DNA of 64,000 bases from Octopus vulgaris (GCA_951406725.2 OX597814.1:177940001-178004000), one strand, 5' to 3'. Counted from the first letter of the stretch, positions 13,563-28,042 are shown. Translations and numbers: made by a program. The notes: a model not told the origin generated them from the sequence alone.

Positions 13563-14395
13563 AATACTCATACGTACAGATATTGGAATTACGGCCGGTT
13601 TAATTCTGAACTTTCTATGAACTGCAGGATTGCAGTTTCTAAATTTTATGCCGAATTGAATATCCAATGTATGTCATTAAGTACTTGAGAACATGAATTT
13701 GACATTTAAATATAGGCATTAATGATTTTCTTAAACTGAGGATGGGATGGATTGCATACGTAATCTATTCAGGAAAATTTATGGTCGCAAGCATTGGAAC
13801 AATTCGTATGTGGTTCGACAAAGTAAATGGCATTATTGTTTATAAATTTACATGTACATAGCGATGAAAAATATCGTACTGGAGAAATTTAGATGCAGGC
13901 GCGACCAATCTTATATCGGAAGTACATGAAGAACTTCGAAAGATATCCAGTTATATTTCAGGTGACATTAAATAAGCTTCTGAATTACAGCTAACCAAAA
14001 TTTATTTTCTTATTTTGGGTCAAGTAGGTGCTGAAGAAATGAGATACAGATCTTTGCCTGAATAGAATACTGGTCTGTGGAAGGTATCATCTCTCGAAGT
14101 AAGAAATTAATTCTCTCGTTACTTATGAATGAAATAAATTATTTGCCAGTCCCCCATTTGTCTACGACACTTAATTATGTCACCCTGCATAACGTATTTA
14201 TATATGGAAGTATACACCTTCAGTCACAGATAATGCATATATACATATATGCTGGAAACCATTGCGTGGTGAGAGGATAGAAAAATGTACTTATTGATAG
14301 ATTGAATGCTAAGCATAATATTATCGAAGTAATGGAAGGTTCTTTTTCAATGAATCTCTTTAAGGAATGTCTTAAAAGACAATAAATTCCAGGTT

Positions 14396-14803
14396 TTAGA
14401 GATGGTAATGTTGGTCTTTTGAAATGATATTATAGTGTATACTTTTACAAGGCTGAAACATTTCCCGTAAGCGTATCTTACATGAGGAAGAACAAAACTT
14501 CCTTTGGTGCCCTGCATTGTGTAATTTGCTTCTGCTTTGCATGGAATCAATATAAATGTATTCACTCGTGGAATCATCATTTAACATCTCACGTGCACAC
14601 CCAGAGTTTAGAATCTTCTGCGTCAATGAAATCAAGGGTCTTGAAGGATAATGATCAGCAATGATGTAAAAGGGCTTTTCAAATGAAGTAATACTAGCAA
14701 TTAATATATCTGTTTGCCGGCCTTTAAACGACACAAAAACCTCGGTGCTTACAGTTAGAATGTAATTGAAACTAGTTCTAAACACCAGCAGGTGTAATAG
14801 CAA
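14396..14803 (-). pseudogene. Possible highly decayed LINE reverse-transcriptase fragment
   Basis: The 135-aa ORF has LVFRTS...IASITSFEKPFYII, loosely resembling the RT motifs GFR..RS and IDFEKAFDSI. Weak similarity only. Confidence 0.3.
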
Positions 14804-16788
14804 TGCTGCTGCAATACGGAATGGTTTTAATCAGTATGAAGAATGACTAAACTTCAAAGCCAGAGAAATATTTCCCTCATGCTTTTTCGCATTCTAAAAG
14901 TGAACAATAGATTATGCTGAAATGTTGTGTTTACGATTTAACTTTAAATAGTATTTTCCTTTTCTATTTTCTGTACAATTTTATTTTTACTTGAGCGATG
15001 ACTGAATCAGATACTTTTCCCTTGATCAGCCCTAGGCAAGTAACATCCTAATCATGATAAAGCAGCGCTGGCTTTCTTTGTTTTATTTTAACTACAGTTC
15101 AATCAAACCGTGAATAGTTGTAAGACGACTGACTATACGATGTCAGTAGTGGTAATGGAGATAGAAGCAATAATGATGCTCTTGGCAGTGATTAATTGAA
15201 CAGCTTTCCTGGAACGTCATTCCTGAAAATAATATAGTGAATCCTTTAAATAATTTTTTTCTTTCTTCTTGCTTCTTCTATTAGCACAGCACGTCGTTTC
15301 AAATTTAAATCAAATTCACGGAGCAAGAATGCTGATTCCTTGATAGACCATTACCCTGGAAATATTACTGGACTACGTTAGCTCACAATTATTGATTTCT
15401 TACTTACGCATAAGACAGATTCTTATTATTATCCAATCGATCCCAAATAGATAACTGGTAGATATTTAATTTATTTCGGGAGAAATAATTATATACTTGA
15501 CCAGGTGGTATTGGAGCAAACAAGAAACTTATTTTTGCTTAAAATGTTTACCTTTGTGCTATGTTATTAACTGCTCAAACTTAACGCAGAGATTATTAAA
15601 TCTGTAGGCTTCGATAATGCGATTAAATTCAATGTTCAAAATTCTAAATGATGCAGCGTTTCTATTAAAAGGTGTATTTTCAATATTTCCCAAGTCAACA
15701 TGGACAATTGACCAATATTAATAAATGTATTTATAGTTACTCAAATTTCAGTTCGATCTTCTTGTTCCATATATTTGTTCAGAATTAGTTTCTTTTAGTG
15801 TTTTGTTTTGGGTCGTACCACGAGAGTGTACAATCCTTATATTCAGCAATCTGTTCTAAAAAAACTTTATGTTTAATCTATAAATTTTAAGTTTACTCAT
15901 AAATATGAAATGCTTTATAATTAGCATACAAGAATAATGCATGCATTTTGCGGCAAGAAGTATTATTTACTGGTAGTGAAGAGAAGCATATTAAGATTTA
16001 TAGATAAACAAACTAGAATTATGCTTCTATTAATATCTTTATCTCTTTACTGAAGGTTGGTAAACAGAATGGAACATCATTAATTTTGAAATAATACTAG
16101 TTAAACAGCCCTCCTGCATTTTTTACTAAATCATTTGTGGCGAGAATTCCCACCATAGTCTTAATAACAACAAAATTTTGAAGTAGGACACAAATCGCCA
16201 TCAAATTAAGCAATATCAGACGGACTTGGATCTAACCAATACAAAAACAAACTACAATGGCGAGGACAGCAGCCGCTGCGGCAACAGTGACGATAACGAT
16301 AACTCATCAACTCATAATTTCTTTAATAACTGTAATCTGTTCTTATAATCAAACAGCGACTGCTTATGATATGAAAATAATTCTGTATCATGAAATATTT
16401 TCCATTCATCTCAAACATGCCTAACTAACTCGGATTGTACCATAAATCTCCCTGTAAATAGTAAAAATTGAACAGAAGGATACCTAGAGTATAAGTGGAT
16501 AAATGATACTAGATCGTTGTCAGTGTTTTGAATTGATTAAGGTTGAAGTTGACAACAAATGTTTTTGAAGTTCTATCTGACGTCACATATAAATATTATC
16601 TGCCTTTGTTGAATGATCGTGGTCTTAAAATGTTTCAGATGGATATTTAAGAAGACGTATGGAAATTAGCACATCAATAACGTTGTTCAGCGTGAAGATA
16701 TTGTTTCACAACCAGCATTTAAAATATAAAACTGAAAAGAAAGATAATAAATTATTAATACTTGTGAAGAGATATCTTTTGCCTTTTA

Positions 16789-16931
16789 GCCATGCTGCAG
16801 CCGCGGTCTAAAGAATTTTTAGTCGAAGGAATCGACTTATTTTAAAACCCTACTATCATTCTATCGGTGGCGGTAAACAAACAGGCAAAAAGATACACAA
16901 ACATACACACACACGCACACACACATATTTA

Positions 16932-16991
<60 letters not shown>

Positions 16992-17154
16992 TTACGGGCT
17001 TCTTTCAGTTTCCGTCTACCAAATCCACTCACAAACTTTGTTCGGACGAACGAGACTATAGTGGAAAATACACGCTGAAAGTGTCACGCAGTGGAACTGA
17101 ACCTGGAACCATGTGATTGGGAAGCAAACCTCTCACCACACAGCCACGCCTGCA
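16789..17154 (-). mobile_element. tRNA-derived SINE family A, diverged copy
   Basis: Reverse-complement match to the head and tail of the 45092 copy (cacgcagtggaactgaacctggaaccatgtg; cttctttcagtttccgtctaccaaatccactcacaa), with an internal (TA)n. Confidence 0.85.
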
Positions 17155-17932
17155 ACTGCATGGTGAGAAATATGCGAAACAAAAATGAAGATGGAGAGGG
17201 GGGAAAAACATATGGAAAGAAGTGAGGAAGTCAGAAGTAAAGAGGGAATGAAGAAATAAAGCGAACGAAGATTGAATGAGAAATTCCATAACTGAAACTT
17301 ATAAAAAAACGAAAGTTAGAGAGATATTTGCCAGAATATTTAATGTGCTTAATAAGATTTTTTTGGTTGAAACCAGTAGTGAACACAATCAACAGTATGT
17401 TTGAGATGATTCTCACCAAAACTGAAATTTCTAATTGTAACTATTTCATTAAACTTGCATTTTCATTTTCCTCCTGTAACAAATGAAAGGCGAATAATCG
17501 CAGTTTCCACACTATCGCAATCCTATTTTTAAATTCTCTGTTTAGAATAGAGTATGCTTGAGATAATAAAGCATTAGATTCATCTTCCTCCGTTTCTGGT
17601 TTCAAATCAAAAAGCTTCAGTTTAACATTTGATCCACTTCAGTTGCCAACTGGGTGGAATGATATTTTGATTAAAATCTGTTCATTATAAAAAAAAGGCA
17701 TTTCTTTATAAATAAGTGTTCTGTATTTTAATACTTCATTGCATAGATTGATTATCAGGTACTATATTATCCTCTGTATCGTTAATTCATATAAACGGGC
17801 CAAACAGAAAATGTTACACACACACATACATAACTTCATAGATACATAGCTACATATATATATATACCTACATACGTACGTACGTACGTACGTACATACA
17901 TACATACATACATACATACATACATACATACA

Positions 17933-17968
<36 letters not shown>

Positions 17969-17974
17969 TATATA

Positions 17975-18430
17975 CATTTGTTAAAAAACATTTAAATAAT
18001 GAGGGAGATAAATTGAATATTAATTTAATTAATATCAATTTAAAACCAGTAGCCTAGCATACAAAAATTTGAAAAATCAGAGAAAATTCTAATACAGGTG
18101 TCTATTTTAAGAGCTAAAAAACACTATGTGGACAACCATATGCTAGAAATAGATCACCTACGATCAAACTACAAAGAAAGCATGTTTTCTAGAGAAGATT
18201 CAGCGGTGTCCACTGAACTTTCTCAAGAGAACAGTGGTTTTTAGCCCTTAGAATATACGCATTTGTTAAAAAAGATATCCGCTATATACACTGTATCCAC
18301 TATATCGGAAATCTACAATAGAACCGTAGTTCCATTAGTCCAGTCTCGGAACCCTGGTAATCCGTTGCAGCACTTACCCAGCATACGTATCCGTTTATAT
18401 CACCTGTGATCTAAACCCCCATATTTTGTA
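17975..18430. repeat. Microsatellite-embedded island with imperfect hairpins
   Basis: Hairpin 18181-18236 (catgttttctagagaagattcagcgg / ccactgaactttctcaagagaacagtg) and a second hairpin ~18274-18310. The island start catttgttaaaaaa recurs at ~18260. Flanked by (TACA)n and (TA)n. Confidence 0.55.
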
Positions 18431-18789
18431 TATATATATATATATATGTGTGTGTGTGGGGGGTTAAGTATGTATTTGTGGTCGGTTCGGTGGTGGTAAA
18501 GAGAACCGGAACGAAATGTGGGGTAAAGCTATAACACTTTCGTGGATGGAAAGATGAGTTGCCTCATATGGTTCGATGTCTGCAATGGCTGAAGTGACTG
18601 AGCAGTTTGTGTGTGTGTTTAAGTGTCTCTTGTACTGCACTGTTTTAGTCTGCCGCACTATGCTATTTACAGTCATTACGTTAAATTATGAGCAGTAGTA
18701 TAGCTACAGCACGTGCTAAAACTAGGAGTTACCTCTCTTTCTCTCTTTTGTCTGTCTATGTATGTATGTATCTATATATATATATCTCC

Positions 18790-18822
<33 letters not shown>

Positions 18823-20470
18823 CACTCGAGTAAGAACATAAATGTGAAATAAGTTGGGAAAAAATAGTACTCGAATACCGGAGGTAGAATAATATACTGT
18901 TTTGTTAAGGCAGCAAAAACATCACAAAAAGATCATATAACCTGCAGTTTTTGTGATATTTTTGCACCTGTAATAATGAACGATGTGTATATATATATAT
19001 GAGTGTGTGTGTGTGTGTGTGTGTATGTGTGTGTGCGTGTGCGTGTATGTGTGTGTGTGTGTGTATGTATGTGTATAAAGGTGTGTGTGCATATACAGAT
19101 AGGCACATACAAGTCTCTCACGAGACATATATATATCAGAATATAAGTATGACAAGTATTTATTATTAAATAAATTGAAATTAATTTTGTAGCCTATACA
19201 TATGTTTAAAGAAAATAACCTTAAACACAATCAGTGTAAAAAGCATAAATTCTTCTGAAATATTATATTTCTTATAGGATGTGATATTTAATGCATTGGC
19301 ATGATGTCTATTTTGGCTAGTATATTAGTTATCGTATAAATGTAATGCATTTAAACTTTATTTTGTAATTGTTTTCACTGTTTCTTGTAGTTCGATTACT
19401 TTTGCTTCTTTCGTCCTATAGTGAAAGATCGATTAAATCATTAAGAAATAAAATTTTAACGAGGAAAAGCAAGAAATTTGCAGAGACAATATGTGAAATG
19501 TAGAGAAGCACTTCTTATATTTTCAGTTATAAGTATACACCGAATGCATTCACGGACACATGCATGCATACATGGACGTAGACACACATACGCATATACA
19601 ATACATATATGAGAAATCTTTGATATATCTCATTATGTGCATTGTTTTGTACTTTAGAAAAAGCTTTCTTTCTGTAGTCTCGTCTTTTTTTTTTTCAGCG
19701 AAACGACTGTCTCTCTAACAGACGCGCAAAGCTCCATTATCGATCTCTTGTTTTTTGCTTTTATTTAATGTTTTGCATAATAGTAAATCAAATAGAATTA
19801 ACAAAAACAAAGAATAATATAAGGAAATCGTTATAAAAAGCAATCAAAGAATAAATATTATGTGAAACAAAAATCCCTACTGGTTTGCTGATTCCATGCT
19901 ATGAACGAAATATTGACCAATGTTGTGATTTACAATATTTACACAATTAGCACCTAATAATATAACTCGCGAAAACATATTCTATACAATCGCAAGCCTT
20001 TATGGCAGTATAACCCAGACGTCACATATATTCGATGCTGTTAATACGTAGTTTTATAATACAATATATACGACTGGCATTCTAAACAACTACTAACCTT
20101 AATCATAATATAAGCAAACTGACATATATTTTTATACAAGTCCCGCGCGGCATATGTTCTAAGCAATCGCCAACACATTCTGCTCTATAGCTACACACAA
20201 TAGTTATGAAACTAGTAGACATGTAGCCTGTTGCTGCTGGAAGGCAAACTTGTTTATGTTAATCTACTCCACCTAGGTCGACTGGGCCACATCCAATCAC
20301 AGAAATGTCATTGATGATATTTTGCAAACCATTCATGAAAATGTATTTTAAAACGTTATACAATCTACACAATATATGTCTACGGAAATCCCTTCCAATA
20401 TTATAAGAGTCTTGTTGATATCCATTCTATATGATGTTTTACTCAATACTATTCCATAGCTTGAAGAAAA

Positions 20471-21011
20471 TTGGGTTGTCCGGAAAGTTCGTGCCGATTA
20501 ATAATACCTTACCTTTCGATTTAGTTTAGAACATGGTTGAGCCCATAACATAGAATTTGACTACACCTCCATTTAGAGCACAGTTTATGCTATGTTTTCG
20601 TGGAAGAAGGTGTATGTTCTTATAACCTGTGTTAATTTTGTAACCCTTTAAAATGGAAGATAAGAAATTCATTTCCAGCAATTGATGCTTTAGGAACCAG
20701 ACAAAAATTGCTGCAGCTCGACTGGGATGTGTTACCCCACCCTCCGTATTCACCAGATATTGCTCCTTCGGATTACCACTTATTCGGGTCTCTGCAGAAT
20801 AGTTTTAATGGTAACAATTTCAATTCCTTATGACTTCTTTGCCATGAAACCACCTCAATTCTGGGAAGGAGGTATTTTCAAGTTAAAGCCAAGATGGATA
20901 CGTATTGGGCAACTCAATGGTTCATATTTGATTGATTAAAAGTGTAATGCCAAGTAGTTATTGACCTTTTTCTTTCCTTTAAAATTGGCACGTACTTTCC
21001 GGAGAACCCAA
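20471..21011 (+). mobile_element. Internally deleted mariner derivative (MITE-like), both TIRs present
   Basis: TIRs ttgggttgtccggaaagttcgtgccgatt / aattggcacgtactttccggagaacccaa. The start MEDKK is joined to the C-terminal WDVLPHPPYSPDIAPSDYHLF motif. Confidence 0.92.
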
Positions 21012-21829
21012 TATTTTACACAATTGTTACAGGCAACATATTTTACATAGTCACCACATATTGGAATACTGTTTACAAGACATATTCTGCCCAACCATGA
21101 ACTTTTTAAATAACTAATTCACATACCTCACAATCTATACAGTCACTTCATAATATAAATTTTTGAAGTCATTTCCTATGTTTGTCATTGAATTTTATAA
21201 TCGGGTCATTCAAAGTCGCGAACAAAATCGGCGCCATGAAGTTAGTCATTCGAATTCGCTTTTCGATCCTTCAATTTCGCACTTTGATCAAACAATTTAA
21301 CAATTACATCATTCAAATTTAAATGCTAGGAATTGTCTTTTCGTGCATTAAAATTCGTTTCGGAGCAATCTATTTAACACTTCGAGCAATCAAATTAGCA
21401 CGATAGCTGTTTTGGTTTCATCTCATGATCATTGTTTTCATAATCATGTGTTTTCATCCATTGTTTACGCTTTAAGCACTGTATCGTTCCCATGTCTTTT
21501 CTATATATTTTCTTTATTTTTGCATAGGCAGATGTATTTATTTTTAAAGACTTCATGAAATTGCGTTCCAGCCTTTTCAATCTTTTTAAAGAAACTCACA
21601 ATTACAACAACTGCTCATTTTCTTTGATTTTGAATACAATATGATATGATGTGTGTTCTTCCCTTGCATAATATGTCTTGTTGAGAAAAGTATATATTTC
21701 TTTGATTTTACATTTTTCCTTCATCGAGGTAAGCTTCTATGTACACTAAGATAATTATTGATTTACAGTCTTGATCAGGAGAGTTCGTTTGAAAGGATTT
21801 TGCTGTTTACTTTCTGGCGGTCATGGCAT

Positions 21830-22330
21830 CTCTGGAGTTAAGTCTGGGCGTGTCTATACCAACAAACAGAATTTTCTGGAGTGATAGCGTCGATGTTACA
21901 CCTTGCGACTTGTTGTATTACATGTACTCACCATTCTTCCATGGTCATGCCGGCTTCCTCTGCAGCTACCCGGTCGCCAACCCTTTGCTGCAACTCAGCT
22001 CGAGTGAAGTCCCGCTTGACAGCCACCTTAAAGGTAGAATGCGCCATTTCCGTACAATTAAGAAACGGTGAGTATGGAGGCAGAAGTCTCAAGCTAATTC
22101 GGGCTCGGTGTGAGCTGGGAGCTCGGAACTAACGTGTCACCGCGCTTTGTCGTAGATGAAGTAGACGGATTCATCTACTGGGAACATGTCGGCACACACT
22201 CGAACTGATCACACCAAAAACTCCTCGAAAGAGTTTCGTGTAGTGGAATTGTTCGCAATGGAGTGGTGAATCAGGCCGATTTATCCCGACACCGCGTGGC
22301 TCCATGATTGCAAGCTGGTTTAAGAGAAAG
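21830..22330 (-). mobile_element. Decayed IS630/Tc1-superfamily transposase C-terminal half (non-mariner type)
   Basis: Minus-strand translation gives GLIHHSI...FEEFL, VYFIYDKAR*H (cf. VMDNAxxH), LRLLPPYSPFLNCTEMAHSTFK (cf. LPPYSPFLNPIE) and ITPENSVCWYRH. GC-richer than flanks. Confidence 0.75.
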
Positions 22331-22949
22331 AGCTATAATATGTAACTGATACCGACCGGTAACGAATGTTGCAATGAAAAAAGACTTCGTTTTTTTATTG
22401 TCCATACGGACTAACAAAGAGGGGACAATACAACACACGTGGGGACATAGATCGAATGAGAAAAATGAAAGACGTATGATGCAATGAAAAATTGAAAATG
22501 AGAACTGAAAATGAATTCACTCCCCCCCCCCAAGTAACATCACTTACTTGCCTCTACCTCTGTGTTCCATTATATTCAGTCCATAGTGTATGCTTAGTTC
22601 CTTATATCCTATAGATTTTGGCAATTTATTCATGTCATAGTTCACTTTCCATACCTCGCATTCTCCTTTGTATCCTTTTATATCTTTCGTTTGATGTTCA
22701 GTTATTAATAAGCATGTATGTTCACCGCCTATACACTCCTTATCCTCTACTCCAACATATACTGAATTTTCTCATCCTAACACTGTTTCGACCAGTTCAT
22801 CATTTGCTTCCTCATACAACACACGCATGAAAACCTGTGGGAGTGGAAGTTTGTGAATTCCTGTGTGTAAGATCGCTTCTTTTTTTGTTTTTGCATTGGA
22901 GGAGAGTCTGCAGGTTGTGGGGGGACGAAGAGGTTATGGGTAGGCATTG

Positions 22950-23720
22950 AATAGTTGTGGGTTGGGGTTCTGCATGCGTTGGGCTTAACTTCTGCTTCCT
23001 TTTTATCTTTATCTGGTGGTTTCCCATTCTTTCTCTGTTGTTTCTTCTTCCGCTTCTACTGGTACCATTCTATATTCTTTTAGTCCTTCCTGGCGTTCCT
23101 CTAGTGGCTTCTCCTGGGATTCTTCCTCTTGAGGTCTTTTAGGTTCTTTGATCGGTGGAGAGCATTTCGCTCTTACGTTGCTCTTTAGACCACATTTAAA
23201 ACAGCGAGGGATTCTGCCCTCCGCCCACAATCTCAAGCTTATGTGTCCTACAGTCACTGTCTCCGTTATATTTTATAGGTATCTGTCACAAACTGAATAA
23301 GTTCCAATGATTTTCTTTTCCACATCCGCTCTTCCGTTTCCGTGGCTTATAGAACGGCCACCTTCTCCTCACTTCCAAGACGGACAGCCGCCGCAACACA
23401 AGCCACATCTATGTCTGGCGGAATTTCCTCTAACCTGATCTTGGATGTCCTACTTCAAAGATACATAGGTAGACGGATTACTTTATCCGATTTCACCGTC
23501 TTGAACTGGGCTACTACCGATCCATATTTGTTTTCTTTTGTTAAAAACGCCATATCTTTTGATACCGCACACAACGCCTTCTCGATTATTTCTCTTCTAC
23601 CTGGTCTACCTTTTTCTGTTCCACTGAATAAACTTTTCATACAATCCTTTTTTTCCTCATATCCTCCATAACTTTCTGTGGAGGCGACAACTTTATGTCA
23701 CCACCTAATTTCTGTACCAT
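22950..23720 (-). mobile_element. Decayed LINE ORF1 (gag-like zinc knuckle), L1/Tx1-like
   Basis: ORF 23009-23257 has EGRIPRCFKCGLKSNVRAKC (C-x2-C-x4-H-x4-C with H eroded) followed by a Glu-rich tract. Upstream ORF 23455-23640 continues as SKIRLEEIPPDID past a stop. Confidence 0.65.
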
Positions 23721-24059
23721 TTTTTGAAATTTACAATGAAAATGCTAAACCATGTTGTATGTCAGAATAATTTTAAAAATAGAAACAGTAAAATATTTAA
23801 ATCCCATTACTTATACTCAGAAGGATCGACCAAACCAAATGCCCATTTTCGGAGAGTACTATCAACAATAAAATAAATACAGATCTAAATAAATGCAAAC
23901 CTTGCCATTTTACAGGTCATGAAAACAGTTACGAATATCAATATCACCAGGACGAACCAAATAATCTATGTAGCAGCCACAGTATTTCATGAAAATCTCT
24001 CACGTAGAGGAATATATTCATGCAAAGATACACTTGAAAGAGAAACATAAAATGAAAGA

Positions 24060-25450
24060 CAGAAATAAAATAAAAAAAAGTACAGGATCTTTAATAAAAT
24101 CACCATCGAAGCGACAGAAATGTAAAAACTGAAAGTGAGACAAATATTACAGACATCCAACTTAAGTTGAAATAAATGGTGATAAAAAAAAAAACAGCAG
24201 AATTTTCTGATATCAAAAGAAGCTTAAAACAACAGATACCACTAAATCGAAGAAAAAAGAATCCCCAAAATGTCTATAACTTCATTTTGATCTATCCAAA
24301 CGTTCGCTTCTAACATAAAATGATATTACTAAGAACTAAGGAAAATCAAAACACAAGACAATGCCGTACAAATAACAAGGGGAAGATATTTGGAGAGTTG
24401 CTGGGTGAGGATTTAAGTCAAATAACAGATCGACACTACCAAGAATATTCGAAAAAATAAAAACCATGCAAGATCAGAATAAACGTAGGAAGAATTTAGC
24501 AGCCTAAACCGAATCCAAGATAGGGAAAAAATTGAGAAGCATCCGGAAATTATCCCATTTCAAAATTCTAGCTAAAGGCACGTACATAGGGCTTACAAAA
24601 GCACTGAGTGAGTTACAGAAAGAGCCAAGAAAAAAACTGAATAAGACATCAGAAACAACATCCGGAAAACTCACTGAAATACAATTTTAATCCCAAAGAC
24701 TTCCAAAAGAGCAAACCGCATAATCTACAGGCCGATAACTCGATTCGCTGTATTATACAAACGCATGGATCCCATTTTAACCAAATAATAAATGTTGGCA
24801 ATAGATAATGGTGAAACAAATCATGCAAATACATTTCCAGATAAACAGAGTATATGTCAAAGATACGCAGTTAGAAAGATCTGTTAATGATATAAGTTTC
24901 GTGCATACTTGAAAATTAGCTAGTTTTTTTAACAAAGCCCCAAACTGTCTTTCAGTAACGTTTCAAACAGTCATTAATATATTCAGTCAAATGTTTAAAG
25001 TAGATTAAAAGTTGAAAGGTATAGCTATTTTACCTGTTCCAATTATAGTCTATAATCTTATTTTATTTGACAAGAAGACAAGAAAACAAGAAAACTAACA
25101 TTTAAATGAGCCAACCAAAATCTGACAAAAATCTACATTTTCCCAAAAAATGCAAAGAACGATGGATCTTCCGTAACGAGGACATTATCATGAAAGACTA
25201 TAATGTAAAAACGTGTACATATAACCCTAGTAGAGACTAAACGGAATGTAATACAAACACATAAGACCTAACACGAAAAAGTCTTTCCCGTTTTCAGAGG
25301 CAACAACTATTCAACAGATGTGAGGATCATGATAAGTTGTGGGGAGTGTGAAGAAAGGACATCAGAAACTATTGACTATCTAAAAAGTAAGTTGCAGCTT
25401 TGATTAAAACACGCATAAACAAGCCATTAGTAAGGATACTATATTTCTTT
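24060..25450 (+). mobile_element. Decayed LINE reverse-transcriptase region
   Basis: 24681-24782 translates TILIPKTSKRANRIIYRPITRFAVLYKRMDPILT (RT motif LIPK...YRPI...YK). A-rich strand; boundaries approximate. Confidence 0.65.
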
Positions 25451-26322
25451 CCTGATATCTATATATTTATCTATCTATTTAATTATCTGTAGCTTTGAAA
25501 ATATGTATACATGTGACCCAATCGCACACACATGGACACACACGCTCATATATATGTATACATATATGCAGAAGTCGAAAGAAAGATGCTTTGGTTCTGT
25601 CTGCGGAGCGTATGACTCAAAGATGAAATATACGGATTTATATTTAAAGCACAAGACCTTGTCTTTCTCACCAGAAGCAGCTAAATACACAAGGAAACCA
25701 GCCATATTGTTTCTGGCAGGCTGCCCAGCTCAAGGAAGATGTTGTCATTTCTATATGCCAGTATTATGAAAAGCAACCAAATTGAATATATGGTACATAT
25801 GTACTTCATAAAATGTTCCAGGGAAAGATCATGTGACCTTACTTAGGAATAAGCTGATCTAGAAAGTCAAGCAGATTAAGATAAACCATCCAGATACGAT
25901 TATCAAAAGCCATTAGGAAAAGAGATGTTTCCTAATTGGTGTGTCAACTTGAAAGGATAGTAACATATATTCAAAATAAATAGAGCAGTTTTCCAATTAA
26001 AAGTATATAACCAGGAACAATAAACATCATAATACGTGCCTGTGGAATGGCAACAAAGAAAAAAAACGCACATAAAAAGGTATACGGCCACATTTACCTA
26101 CGTTAGCAACTTGTAGAAAATAACACTTCTAAGTTATTGAACAGATATTATAGAACGTTGTTGTTTTTCACTAATAAAAAAAGATAAAGATTACAGAACT
26201 AAACGCAGCACGTATCCATGGCACACAGGGCATTTTTGGTCTGTGAGGTGAAAGCACGCAAACGCCATTAATACTACTGAAACAACATTACTGGCATAAT
26301 AATAATAATAATAATAATAATA

Positions 26323-26353
<31 letters not shown>

Positions 26354-26534
26354 TAAATAATAATAATAATTTTCTCGTTATTCTAGTTTTTTTTTATTGG
26401 CAAGTGATTTGATCTCTATAAAGTGTCGAGAGTAAAATCATTTCATTGCGGTAAAGCTATAATAGCCATTAGAACGACACATAATGGTATGTTTCATATA
26501 ATGTTATTATTTTGTAATAACAGCAATGTGTGTA

Positions 26535-26575
<41 letters not shown>

Positions 26576-26685
26576 ATATATATATATATTTATATATATA
26601 TTTATATATATATTTATATATATATATATCTGTGTGTGTTTGTATATATATATATATTTACGTATCATTACTATTATTGTTCTGT

Positions 26686-26920
26686 GGAGTAGTGGACTAG
26701 CAGAATGGTTAAGGCGTCCAACGCGATGCATGGCAGTATTCGGAAACGACTGTTATTTGCTCTTATTTTAAATCTCGTCGGGGTCACATTGACCTTCCTT
26801 CCTTTCGCGAACAAGAAATATAAACTACAAATTGAACACTTGGGAGTACATTTGATGGTTTAACCCAACATTCGCACCAATTTTTGGACTTGTGCCTATG
26901 TTAAAAATAATTATTATCAT
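26686..26920 (+). mobile_element. SINE family B, old diverged copy
   Basis: tagcagaatggttaagg head, gtcggggtcacattgaccttccttcctttc core and ggacttgtgcctatgtt tail resemble the 32824 and 38531 copies. Confidence 0.55.
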
Positions 26921-27358
26921 AATATAAAGCAATGCTTTGGCGGTAGAAATACAAACCACTAGAAATTATGTTGGGGAATTTAGTTTCAGCTCCCTGAATT
27001 TCTCTCTTCCCCTCTCTGTCTCTATCTTATGTATTCATACACACACTCATATACGTATGCACACACACACACACACACACATACATACATATATACATAC
27101 ATACATGCATACATACATACATACATACATGCATACATACAAAGATACAAACAAAAATATAGACATAGATTCCAAGATAAATGGGTAGAGGTAGATAGTT
27201 GCAACTGCGCGAATGTAGGTGCATGCACTTTTAAATCGCAATTGCTGATAAATGAAACGACCAGATTCGATAAAATGAAATACCAATCTTATACTTCCTA
27301 TATACAATGGACTGTCCCCTTCTGCCAAATCTTAGATATTCTACATGTCTGGCAGATT

Positions 27359-27810
27359 AAGGTAGGTGAACTGATAGAATCGCTAGAGCGTAGGAATAGC
27401 TACTTTTGGCATGGTCTGGCTTTTGCTACTGATTTCATATCCTGCCGAAGTCGACTTTAATTTTCATGTTTTGGGAATCAATCTATAAATTATCAATATA
27501 TAATTTTTTTCTGTAAATTCTCCTAGTATTACTATTTGTGACTTTGTTATGATAGGATATATGATGTTGCATGTTTATCATTATTTGTATAGAAGAAAGT
27601 TGATAGGGAGAATATTAGAGCATTGGTCATTACTGTTATCTAATCTTGCTTTTAAAACGTTATAGAGATGACATCAAGCCGAGGTTAAATTTGCTTTTCA
27701 TACCATCGGAGTCAATAAAATAGCACTGAAGTTTTGAGGTGAATTTAATTGACTGTTTCTTTCTCCAGAGAATGTTGCCCTAGGGTTTAAAATAAAAATG
27801 AAAGAAATAT
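27359..27810 (+). mobile_element. Two old SINE family B remnants
   Basis: gaactgatagaatcgctagagcg...gccgaagtcgactttaattttcat (~27367-27470) and gccgaggttaaatttgcttttcataccatcggagtcaataaaa (~27678-27720). Confidence 0.55.
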
Positions 27811-28042
27811 AGTAGTTATAATATTTTTTCAAAAACCCATGCGAGCATATTGCCAAATGAAAAAAAAAATTGTAGCGACAATATCTCAACTACAGACTCA
27901 TCCGTACATATGTACACACAGGCAGACACACATCCACAGACTTACACACAGACATACACAGACACACAGACGCACACACACTTATAAATGCATATGTGTG
28001 CGAATAAGTAAACACTGTATAGATTCCATCATAAAATAGTGA

